A stretch of DNA of 64,000 nt, from assembly GCA_977020255.1 (NCBI GenBank), contig CDROCS010005363.1:1-64000 (forward strand). Direction: 5' to 3'. Position 1 is the first letter of the stretch. The number at the start of each line of letters is the position of its first letter. Below the pieces are notes generated by a model. The model saw only the letters and a program-made list of their open reading frames with translations, did no database searches and had not been told where the DNA came from. Made by a program: the position numbers and the translations under genes. The stretch comes from Obrimoposthia wandeli. Taxonomy: Eukaryota. Shown one piece after another: positions 21,241 through 29,662 of the stretch.

Positions 21241-21354
21241 CTTTCCTCTGTGATCTCTGTGTCCTCTGTGGTGAAATATTTATGCTTCCTAAAAAGAAAA
21301 AGCATTTCACCACAGAGAACACAGAGCGCTTCGCTACACAGAGGAAAGCTAGAA
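21241..21354. repeat. CACAGAG-type palindromic element, copy 1
   Basis: Left arm ctttcctctgtgatctctgtgtcctctgtggtgaaat; right arm atttcaccacagagaacacagag...cacagaggaaag; second copy at 62.2-62.35 kb. Confidence 0.85.
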
Positions 21355-21355
21355 G

Positions 21356-22222
21356 CTAGAAGACGATTGTTTTATTACCGTGTAATAAAACTCTATCTTC
21401 AACGTGGCTGCGAACTCCACGCGCTAATACTTGTTTCTCTACGTCTTTACCCAAACGTACGGTATCTTCAATACTGTCACGGTGACTAATACGCATCACG
21501 TCTTGGTCGATAATCGGGCCTGCATCCAGCTCTTCTGTCACATAGTGACAGGTTGCACCTATCAACTTCACGCCGCGTTCAGCCGCTTGGTGATAAGGCT
21601 TAGCACCAGCAAACGAAGGTAAGAAACTGTGGTGAATGTTAATCACCTGTCCTGCGTATTGCTGGCAAATTTCAGCCGGTAATATCTGCATATAACGGGC
21701 AAGTACAATACTATCGGCTTTGTGTTCTGCGATGATGCTATTCACGCGGTCAAAGTGCTCTTGCTTATTCGTCTTATCGACAGGCACATGGAAAAAAGGA
21801 ATGCCATGCCATTCAACCATTGAACGTAAGTCATCATGATTGGAGATCACACAAGGAATATCACAAAATAATTCTTTGCTATGTACGCGATGTAATAAGT
21901 CACTTAAACAATGGCTTTCTTTACTCACCATTAAGATAATTTTCTTTGCTTGTGCACTGTCGTTAATCTGCCAGTCCATTTCAAACTCTTCAGCAATGGC
22001 AGCAAATTTTTCTCTAAATTCTTCCAAACCAAATGGCAAAGATTTGGCCTTGATGCAATGGCGCATAAAGAACCAACCACTGCCCCCTTGTTCGACAGAA
22101 GTATCAGCGTAGTGATTAGCTTCTACAATCCAGCCGCCATGAGAGGAGACAAACTCTCCAACTTTTGCAACAATTCCTACCCGATCAGGGCAAGATATGG
22201 TTAATCTATATACTTGTTCCAT
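21356..22222 (-). CDS. purU: Formyltetrahydrofolate deformylase
   Basis: ACT domain (CPDRVGIVA), LARYMQIL, INIHHSFLPSFAGAKPYHQA, DAGPII. Confidence 0.97.
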   Translation of the reverse strand: MEQVYRLTISCPDRVGIVAKVGEFVSSHGGWIVEANHYADTSVEQGGSGWFFMRHCIKAKSLPFGLEEFREKFAAIAEEFEMDWQINDSAQAKKIILMVSKESHCLSDLLHRVHSKELFCDIPCVISNHDDLRSMVEWHGIPFFHVPVDKTNKQEHFDRVNSIIAEHKADSIVLARYMQILPAEICQQYAGQVINIHHSFLPSFAGAKPYHQAAERGVKLIGATCHYVTEELDAGPIIDQDVMRISHRDSIEDTVRLGKDVEKQVLARGVRSHVEDRVLLHGNKTIVF

Positions 22223-22363
22223 TCTTTACTCACTACGCTTTAAATACTGTATTCGTACAGGGCTATACATTCATGATAGGCCATTAAACTTGCACTAGAA
22301 TATAGATAGTGGTCTTATGAAGAAAGCAGTGATTTAGATAATTATAAGGATAGGAGATTCACG

Positions 22364-22987
22364 TTGGCACTGATCGTTGTAGAGATGGGAAGACGAGTTG
22401 TTACGCCGCTCAATAACCGCCGCGGCACGATTAAAACTCAAGCAACGAAAAGTTCTACTGCTATTGATCAGTACCACCAATTTTCTCCTGATTCCACGAT
22501 CACCCAAGCGCCCAGTATTTCACCCGATCGTGATGATGATTCCTATCGTTTTCTGAAGCGTAAAGCACAACAAAACCCCAGTAGAGTTTCGCTACTTTCT
22601 GAAATAATGTCTAAGCAGATAATTACTCTCACCGCCGATGCAAGTGTGAGTGACGCTTGGCAGATTTTTCAACAACATGGCTTTCACCACCTTCCAATTA
22701 TTGATGAAGACAATACTGTTTTAGCAATGCTTTCCGACAGGGACATTTTACAAGGCCCAGGAAGTCAAAAGAATATTAACCTTGAAAACATAATGCAATT
22801 TTCCAGCAAGCGTGTGTTCTGTTTTTCAGCGGATACTGATATTCGCCAAGCAACTCGTATACTTTATGAATACGACCTGGGTGCCTTACCCATCATATCC
22901 GATGACCATCAAATTTTAGGCATCGTGAGCCGTACCGATATAATGAAGGTAGTTAGCCATTATGGGCCGCTAGAACTCTGGGCTTAA
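22364..22987 (+). CDS. CBS-pair domain protein
   Basis: EIMSKQIITL...FHHLPII and GALPII...LGIVSRTD tandem CBS motifs. Confidence 0.85.
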   Translation: MALIVVEMGRRVVTPLNNRRGTIKTQATKSSTAIDQYHQFSPDSTITQAPSISPDRDDDSYRFLKRKAQQNPSRVSLLSEIMSKQIITLTADASVSDAWQIFQQHGFHHLPIIDEDNTVLAMLSDRDILQGPGSQKNINLENIMQFSSKRVFCFSADTDIRQATRILYEYDLGALPIISDDHQILGIVSRTDIMKVVSHYGPLELWA

Positions 22988-23044
22988 AAAGAAGTTTGAA
23001 CCATAAATCACCGCCTATTTTGACAAGGAGTCAAAGGAGCTAAT

Positions 23045-24403
23045 ATGTATACAATCAACGCTCATATAAACCCAAAATATAATTTACGCGTATTATCGAA
23101 GCGTGAAGTTTCTCAAATCTGCGATGTCAGTAGCCATACCTACGAATTGTTTCGACGCTGTGCTTTTGCTGTATTAAATTGCGGCAGTAATTCCGATGAC
23201 TATTTGTCATCGATAGAACAATTTAAAGATTTTAAAATTCACGTCAACCAAGAAGATCGCGGCATCACCCTTGACCTAAGTGGCGCACCCTCTCACGCGT
23301 TCGTTGATGGTGAAATGATCATTGGTATTCGTGAACATTTATTTTCAGTTTTACGAGATATTTTATATACCGAAGATTCAGTAAAACAAAGTCAGCGCTT
23401 TGATTTAAACAATAGCGAAGATATTACTAATGCAGCATTTCATATTTTACGAAATGCCAACATTTTACAACCTGACTACTTACCAAAATTAGTGGTTTGC
23501 TGGGGTGGCCACTCGATTCCCCGTCATGAATATGAATATACCAAAAAGGTAGGCTATGAATTGGGCTTACGTGGCTTAGATGTTGGCACGGGCTGTGGGC
23601 CAGGTGCGATGAAAGGCCCAATGAAAGGCGCAACGATTGGCCATGCTAAACAACATATAAAAACAGGCCGATATATTGGTATTACCGAGCCAGGGATTAT
23701 TGCGGCCGAAGCACCTAACCCTATCGTAAATGAATTGGTTATTTTGCCTGACATTGAAAAACGGCTTGAAAGTTTTATTCGTTTATCTCATGGTATTATT
23801 ATTTTCCCTGGAGGCCCAGGCACCCTAGAAGAAATTCTTTATTTGCTAGGAATTTTATTACACCCCGACAATCTCGAGATCCCCTTCCCCGTTATTCTAA
23901 CGGGCCCTGCAGATAGTGCAGAATATTTCGATCAGGTAAATAATTTCATTGGTCTAACGCTAGGAAAAAAAGCCCAACAGAGGTATGACATTGTCATTGA
24001 TGATTCCGTTAGAGTTGCCAAAAAAATAAAATCTGGCTTGGTCGATGTATTAGAATATCGAAAGTTAACCAACGATGCCTTCTTTTATAACTGGGGTATC
24101 ACCATTGCAAAAAGCTTTCAGCAGCCTTTCGAACCTACCCATGAGAATATGGCTGCGTTAGAAATCTCGAAATCCTTACCTATTCACGAACTTGCGGCTA
24201 ACTTACGCCGAGCATTTTCTGGCATTGTTGCAGGTAACGTGAAGGAGGAAGGAGTTATGGCGGTTAAAAAACACGGTGTTTTTCAAATCAATGGTGATTC
24301 TGAAATAATGCATGCGATGGATAAATTGTTAGAAAAAATGGCGGCACAAGGGCGAATGAAAATTAATGGCAACTATACTCCTTGTTATGAAATTGTTAAA
24401 TAA
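23045..24403 (+). CDS. ppnN: Nucleotide 5'-monophosphate nucleosidase PpnN (LOG family)
   Basis: VVCWGGHSI, TGCGPGAMKGPMKGA, IEKRLE, FPGGPGTLEE, LRRAFSGIVAGNVK. Confidence 0.92.
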   Translation: MYTINAHINPKYNLRVLSKREVSQICDVSSHTYELFRRCAFAVLNCGSNSDDYLSSIEQFKDFKIHVNQEDRGITLDLSGAPSHAFVDGEMIIGIREHLFSVLRDILYTEDSVKQSQRFDLNNSEDITNAAFHILRNANILQPDYLPKLVVCWGGHSIPRHEYEYTKKVGYELGLRGLDVGTGCGPGAMKGPMKGATIGHAKQHIKTGRYIGITEPGIIAAEAPNPIVNELVILPDIEKRLESFIRLSHGIIIFPGGPGTLEEILYLLGILLHPDNLEIPFPVILTGPADSAEYFDQVNNFIGLTLGKKAQQRYDIVIDDSVRVAKKIKSGLVDVLEYRKLTNDAFFYNWGITIAKSFQQPFEPTHENMAALEISKSLPIHELAANLRRAFSGIVAGNVKEEGVMAVKKHGVFQINGDSEIMHAMDKLLEKMAAQGRMKINGNYTPCYEIVK

Positions 24404-24430
24404 ACTCTAATTTTTATCCGAGTAGTGATA

Positions 24431-25126
24431 CTAGATAGGCAGCTTGTTATTTTGGCTGCCTATTTTTGAAATATTCATACATGTTAAACACATTGCAATA
24501 ATTACAGCTGAGGCTATAAGAACTTGCCATTCAACAACATCAAATTGGAAGGTATAGCGTAACAGGGCCAGTAGGCCGAAATAGCTCACGACCGATAACT
24601 GCAACCACGGCCCAATTTCAAAAGGAAGCCAGTTCACCTTTATATAATTCACTTTTATTTTTTTAGCTAAACATAAACTTATACTTGCAAACATAAGCAC
24701 TACTAGACCAACAATTAAAAAAGAAGCCCATACCCAATACTCTGGCCAATCAACTACCTGGGCAGACTTCGCAGGACCAGACCATAATGCATCCCAACTT
24801 ACGGCTAGAATCAAAGCAAAATTAACCATTAAGTTTGGTGCGGACTTATCGTTCATGGTCAGCAGCTCTTCTTTTACAAAATATGCTATAAATAGAAATG
24901 CGAGTATGCCTACTAGGGGTGTAATAAGTGGTTGTACACTAATACTAAAATACGCAATTAAATATCCTGCCATAGGAAATAACGTATGTGATAGCGTAAC
25001 GCCTAATAGCCATACGCTAATCGTTCTAACGTCGTTCATACTAGAGGCGCGAACAAATGTTGCTAGCGCAACATCAATACCAATGCCGAACCCCATTAAT
25101 ATGCAAGCTAAAAGTATATCAATCAT
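24431..25126 (-). CDS. MntP (manganese efflux)-like membrane protein
   Basis: Two half-repeats with Asp motifs GIGIDVALAT and AVSWDALWSG resembling MntP xDAxxV motifs; about 6-7 TM helices; ATGA overlap with the upstream cytochrome gene. Confidence 0.6.
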   Translation of the reverse strand: MIDILLACILMGFGIGIDVALATFVRASSMNDVRTISVWLLGVTLSHTLFPMAGYLIAYFSISVQPLITPLVGILAFLFIAYFVKEELLTMNDKSAPNLMVNFALILAVSWDALWSGPAKSAQVVDWPEYWVWASFLIVGLVVLMFASISLCLAKKIKVNYIKVNWLPFEIGPWLQLSVVSYFGLLALLRYTFQFDVVEWQVLIASAVIIAMCLTCMNISKIGSQNNKLPI

Positions 25127-26751
25127 GGAGTATTCCAGTTAAGACGAATATCCCAGTCATACCGATATTTTTCTTCAAGCGGCATTGTTTCTTCTACTTG
25201 TTTCAGTACATTTTTAGCGGGTATCAAAACAGCATCACGGCCAAAAATATAACTTTGTTCAGCTACAATTAATTTATACGCTTTATTTAATGCGAGCGCT
25301 CTTTCTTTAGAGGGTGTAATCAAAGAGTAAATAGAATCAAGTTTTTCAACTGCTTCTATATTTACTTGTCCATCTGCATGAAACCAGCGCTTCAACATTT
25401 CACTGTTTTGTCTGAATTCATCACCACCACCCACGCGTTGAAAATACGTAAGATACTCTCCTAACGGTTTTTCCTTCGGCTTCGTATTAGCAGAAGTATT
25501 TATATTAGGAACGTCTGCTATTTTTGTTAAATCAATATACCCCCAGCCGCTATTACCTTCAACTTTACGCGAAAAGGAAAAAATTTGATCAATAGTACTC
25601 CCTAACGTTTTATGACAGCCGTTGCAGAAAGCCATTTCTTGTTTATTTTGCTGACGCAGCTCACCCTGTTCGTTTTCAATATATCCATTAATAATCCAGC
25701 CAAAGCCATTATCTATGCCACGATCACCAATATTTATCGTTTGCGGAAGTTGCCCTAATATTTTTTCTTTCGCTTCAATATAATACGAGCTCTTTAAAGC
25801 CGAAATTGATTTAAATTTCGCTTTTTTCATATAGCGAACTTCCTTCATTCTTGGTGCGTTGTATATGCTTCCATCATCACCAATACCTATGTAGCGAACC
25901 GTATGTAAGAACTCCGTATCTTTTGGATACAGCATATACTCAATACGTATGTCATTTGCATCACCTAGATAAAAGTCCTTATTACTGCCTTGATGCTCTT
26001 TTCCAGATTGCTTAATTATTTGTTCTAGTAAGGCTAGATTTTGTAAATATAAGGTTTCCGAATACTCTCCTCCCTGTTCTCTGAATTTTTTTGGCAAGCG
26101 AATCATAGCATCGCCAGTAGATCCATTAGTGGGCCAAAAACTACTCGGTAAGGGTTTATAATTATAGGCAATCCAATGGGAACCATCTTTGGCGATACCG
26201 TTTACATGAAAAGCTTTTTTAGGATAGGCCAGATTCTTTATTTGAGGCATTTCACCCTTCCAGCTAGCATCCTTATTTAAACGCTGAATAAAAGGGGAAT
26301 AATTATCTTGTGAAACCCAGCTCATTATTTCCTTATCATTAATTCCAGCAATCTCTTTAGTACGGTCTTTAAATAGATTCTTCCAGCTGTTTTTCATACC
26401 CTCATCAGAAAATTCATAGTTGCCTTGCAAACTGGCGTCTTTAACAAAGTTAGGTCTTAAAGGGTCTGTATAGCTTTGATGGCAGATATAGCATGGATTT
26501 TTATCACCGTCCGTTTTGGTATAACACTGCGGCGGAATGACGGATTCTGGATTATAGATTTCGTTATGCTTTAAATACGCTAATGCAGGAATTGAATCCC
26601 GCGATAAATAACCTTCTTTAGGCTTTGTATTTTTAGAATTTTTATCTTTCGCTTGGTTATTAGTATCGGAGCAGGCACTAATAAAAAATAGCGAGGCGAT
26701 ACAAACAAGCAATAAATTAATGGAAAATAATCTAGTTTTCACAGATTTCAT
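25123..26751 (-). CDS. Di-haem c-type cytochrome lipoprotein, uncharacterised
   Basis: Lipobox FISAC; two CxxCH motifs (CYICH, CNGCH). Confidence 0.8.
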   Translation of the reverse strand: MKSVKTRLFSINLLLVCIASLFFISACSDTNNQAKDKNSKNTKPKEGYLSRDSIPALAYLKHNEIYNPESVIPPQCYTKTDGDKNPCYICHQSYTDPLRPNFVKDASLQGNYEFSDEGMKNSWKNLFKDRTKEIAGINDKEIMSWVSQDNYSPFIQRLNKDASWKGEMPQIKNLAYPKKAFHVNGIAKDGSHWIAYNYKPLPSSFWPTNGSTGDAMIRLPKKFREQGGEYSETLYLQNLALLEQIIKQSGKEHQGSNKDFYLGDANDIRIEYMLYPKDTEFLHTVRYIGIGDDGSIYNAPRMKEVRYMKKAKFKSISALKSSYYIEAKEKILGQLPQTINIGDRGIDNGFGWIINGYIENEQGELRQQNKQEMAFCNGCHKTLGSTIDQIFSFSRKVEGNSGWGYIDLTKIADVPNINTSANTKPKEKPLGEYLTYFQRVGGGDEFRQNSEMLKRWFHADGQVNIEAVEKLDSIYSLITPSKERALALNKAYKLIVAEQSYIFGRDAVLIPAKNVLKQVEETMPLEEKYRYDWDIRLNWNTP

Positions 26752-26865
26752 ACTTCTATCCAGTCATATTTTTTAATTACTACTGGTATAAAGCATTTAT
26801 ATGACAGAAATGTATCAATGATCTATTTATGTCATAAATCAAACTTGCCACTTATCAGCAGACAT

Positions 26866-26898
26866 AAAAAAAGGAAGAAGGTAAGCCTTCTTCCTTTT
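26866..26898 (-). terminator. Intrinsic terminator after the phoX-like gene
   Basis: GGAAGAAGG-taag-CCTTCTTCC hairpin with A7 on the left, i.e. U7 on the minus strand. Confidence 0.85.
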
Positions 26899-26934
26899 AA
26901 TGATCAGTAACTTAGCCAGCCAGTGGCTTAAGTT

Positions 26935-28836
26935 TTAACGAGGATCATACATCCATAATGTATTATTTTCTTGAAAGCCATCTTCACCTAAAAGAATACG
27001 GCCATCTTTCATGACGACAACGTTATCTGGCTGAGATAAGTTGTTTACATCACAACGCTCTGCGCCATCAAGTGAGCTGCGGTAAGTCGCGCCCATAATG
27101 ACTGGCTCGATACGAGTAAGGCTATAATCATTTTCGATTTTAGCGCGATAAACTCCACCGCAGTCTTTAATCCGACTGGATAGTTGCATATCACCTTCGT
27201 CATCAATCATCGTTTTATCTAGATCAGCAATAGCCATATACATATAGGCTGCAGTAACGGTTTCATCTGCAACCATATCAGCACCGGTTACGGCTTCTTT
27301 CACACGGTCTTGATGAATTGATATCCCTTCAAGCTTGCGCCATTCTGCAGTAGCCCCTAGCTGGCGGGCAGCTTGGCGAGATTCAAGGAAAGCTGAGCGA
27401 TCATCCATTGGCTGATCGGCAGTAATTTTACCACCTCCATTTGCCAGTGTTGGATACTTAGTACCTGCTGGGCGACCCGCGGTAACCCAAGCAGCCCACG
27501 CTTCAACATCCGCAACCGTCATATAGCTAGATTCACCAGCAACATACTGGTCCGTTCCAATGCCATCGAACTCATTAATCCAAACATCAATTTGAGTATT
27601 ATTACCCGCTGCTAATTCAACCCAAGTAACATCAAACCCTGTTACGGCTGGATCATTCAAACCTGCATCTTGCTGAAGCTTGGCTCCGAATAATGTACCG
27701 ACTGATAAATCTTCAGCCGTATCGGCTACAAACTTAAATAAGACTCCGCCGGTATCATCTTGTGATGCGTATACGGTTTTACCATCAGGCATAACGATTG
27801 AGTTTTCATGTTCATAACGACCGATAGTGAAATGCTTAACAGGTATAGGAGCTGCAGATTCTGGGTCTGTGATCTCTACGATATAACCATAATCATAAGG
27901 ATTGCTCGCATTACTTGATAGCGCCCACATACCTGCTAATAAAGCATCATCAGCAATTTGAGTAGGACTATTCCAACTAGGATTTGTTGTTGAATCAACT
28001 GAAGTATTAACAACCCATTCTTCTGAAGTTAAGGGGGTATTCCAAGGAGATACGGAACCAAAGCAATTGGCACCTGTACCATTAACAGCAGCGAAATCAA
28101 CCATCATTGCATCTAGAACGCCCCAATTACCTTGGGCATCTTTTTCAATATTCATGCGGCTCATACCACCTGGATATAACTCCCAGTTAGTAAATAGGTA
28201 ACCCTTACCAATACCTGTTGAAATAAAACCATTGAAATCAGGCATGTGATTTTCAAATATCTTAGTATCGCCTGCCAGGTTATAAATCGTACCTAACCCT
28301 TTTTCTAACTTACCTTCAAGGGTTGAAGCTGTTTGCCCCAACACTTTATATTGACCATAAGCTGTTTGAACTGTCTGACGTTCATAATCACTTTTAGGGA
28401 CAGGTAAATTAATCAGTGCCTTCGGTAAATTATTAAAATTAATTCCTTCTATAACACCTACTGTTCCTGTGTTATAGGCAACAGCATTGCCGTCAGTTTC
28501 AATATTACTATCAGCAGGGTGCTGGGCGTTGAAGAACAAATCGCCTCCTGCTGTTAAAAATATACCGGTAACCTCTGCACCCGCCGGCACTGTGGCAAGA
28601 CGAGTTAGACCTTCGATTGGATTGCCCATGGTTGATGCATCTTGCCCATCAGTACCATTAAGACCATCAGTACCATTAAGACCGACTAGTCCATCTATAC
28701 CAGAAGACCCTTCAGTACCATTGGTGCCAGGACTGCCATCATTACCATCCGAATCAGCGCCACAAGCCACTAACATAGAGGTTGTCATGGCTAGAAGCAC
28801 TGCCTTATGTAGAGCATTTTTCTTTAGGAGTTTCAT
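26935..28836 (-). CDS. phoX: PhoX-family (DUF839) alkaline phosphatase lipoprotein, circularly permuted, with collagen-like stalk
   Basis: Lipobox LVAC; motifs GAEVTG..FFNAQHP, NWE, NCFGSVSPWNTPLTSEE, GRYEHEN, YASQDD, RKLEG, QPDN, GED. Confidence 0.85.
   Translation of the reverse strand: MKLLKKNALHKAVLLAMTTSMLVACGADSDGNDGSPGTNGTEGSSGIDGLVGLNGTDGLNGTDGQDASTMGNPIEGLTRLATVPAGAEVTGIFLTAGGDLFFNAQHPADSNIETDGNAVAYNTGTVGVIEGINFNNLPKALINLPVPKSDYERQTVQTAYGQYKVLGQTASTLEGKLEKGLGTIYNLAGDTKIFENHMPDFNGFISTGIGKGYLFTNWELYPGGMSRMNIEKDAQGNWGVLDAMMVDFAAVNGTGANCFGSVSPWNTPLTSEEWVVNTSVDSTTNPSWNSPTQIADDALLAGMWALSSNASNPYDYGYIVEITDPESAAPIPVKHFTIGRYEHENSIVMPDGKTVYASQDDTGGVLFKFVADTAEDLSVGTLFGAKLQQDAGLNDPAVTGFDVTWVELAAGNNTQIDVWINEFDGIGTDQYVAGESSYMTVADVEAWAAWVTAGRPAGTKYPTLANGGGKITADQPMDDRSAFLESRQAARQLGATAEWRKLEGISIHQDRVKEAVTGADMVADETVTAAYMYMAIADLDKTMIDDEGDMQLSSRIKDCGGVYRAKIENDYSLTRIEPVIMGATYRSSLDGAERCDVNNLSQPDNVVVMKDGRILLGEDGFQENNTLWMYDPR
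28639..28746 (-). repeat. Collagen-like (Gly-X-Y)12 segment including an exact 18-bp tandem duplication
   Basis: GNDGSPGTNGTEGSSGIDGLVGLNGTDGLNGTDGQD; ccatcagtaccattaaga x2 at 28646-28681. Confidence 0.9.
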
Positions 28837-28897
28837 CACGATATCTCTCTCGATATTTTTTAATAAATCATTGGAGAGCACAGGCTAGGTTATAAAA

Positions 28898-28940
28898 GTG
28901 ACAGTTGTGATAATAATAAATGACATTTATAAGTCATTTA
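28898..28940 (-). promoter_or_regulatory. Candidate regulator site upstream of phoX: Pho-box-like half-sites plus a palindrome
   Basis: Minus-strand ATGTCAT and CTGTCAC half-sites exactly 22 bp apart; perfect palindrome TAAATGAC-N8-GTCATTTA at 28917-28940. Confidence 0.4.
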
Positions 28941-28981
28941 TTAAAAAGGGGAGATAGTACTAATGTAGCTGGATTTTGAAA

Positions 28982-29662
28982 TCAATAACGCCTTACAAAG
29001 ATGACAACCCTTCGGTTACTCTCGCGCTGTTGATCTAACGATGCGGTTTCTAATTTTTCTTTCGGTCGACTATCAGCATATCCGGCCGCTTTTAAGCGCT
29101 CTTTCTCAATCCCTTGAGCTAATAAGTATCTCACTACGTTCGTCGCTCGAGCTGAAGAAAGCTCCCAGTTAGAAGGAAATTTTTCAGTATGAATAGGCAC
29201 GTCATCAGTATGTCCTTCAACTTCAACCATATGTGTTTTATGGCTAGTCTCACGAATTACCTGAGTGACTTCTTTTAATGTTGAGATCGCATTTTGTTTA
29301 ATATCTGCAGAGCCAGACTGATAGAGTGCTACGTTAGCAAATTCAACCTTAACGCCTTTAGTATCTAAAGTAACGGAGACTTGATCTTGTAAATTATTTT
29401 GTTCAATTAATTCTTCTAGCCCATCTTTAATATCAGTGAAAGGCGTTGGTGGAGCTTCACCTGTCATCATTTCAGACAGCCCTTCCTTAAGTGCTTCAAC
29501 CTTGCCTTGATTTAAATCTGAAACAGAAAGAATCATGACGAAGAATGCCAGTAACAAGGTGATCGCATCAGAGTAAGTAATTAACCATGAGCTGGAAGCA
29601 TCCTCAAAATTAGGGCGGCGTCGTCTTAAGCTTCTGTGTTTATTTGATACGGACTCAGACAT
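28982..29662 (-). CDS. motB: MotB/PomB-family stator subunit with OmpA-like peptidoglycan-binding domain
   Basis: WLITYSDAITLLLAFFV TM with conserved Asp; EGHTD, SNWELSSARA, NRRV. Confidence 0.92.
   Translation of the reverse strand: MSESVSNKHRSLRRRRPNFEDASSSWLITYSDAITLLLAFFVMILSVSDLNQGKVEALKEGLSEMMTGEAPPTPFTDIKDGLEELIEQNNLQDQVSVTLDTKGVKVEFANVALYQSGSADIKQNAISTLKEVTQVIRETSHKTHMVEVEGHTDDVPIHTEKFPSNWELSSARATNVVRYLLAQGIEKERLKAAGYADSRPKEKLETASLDQQRESNRRVVIFVRRY

Noticed and set aside
21241-21354. CACAGAG units as a mini-CRISPR
   Set aside because: Units are 7-9 nt, inverted rather than direct, with no spacer array or cas genes; better explained as a REP-like palindrome.
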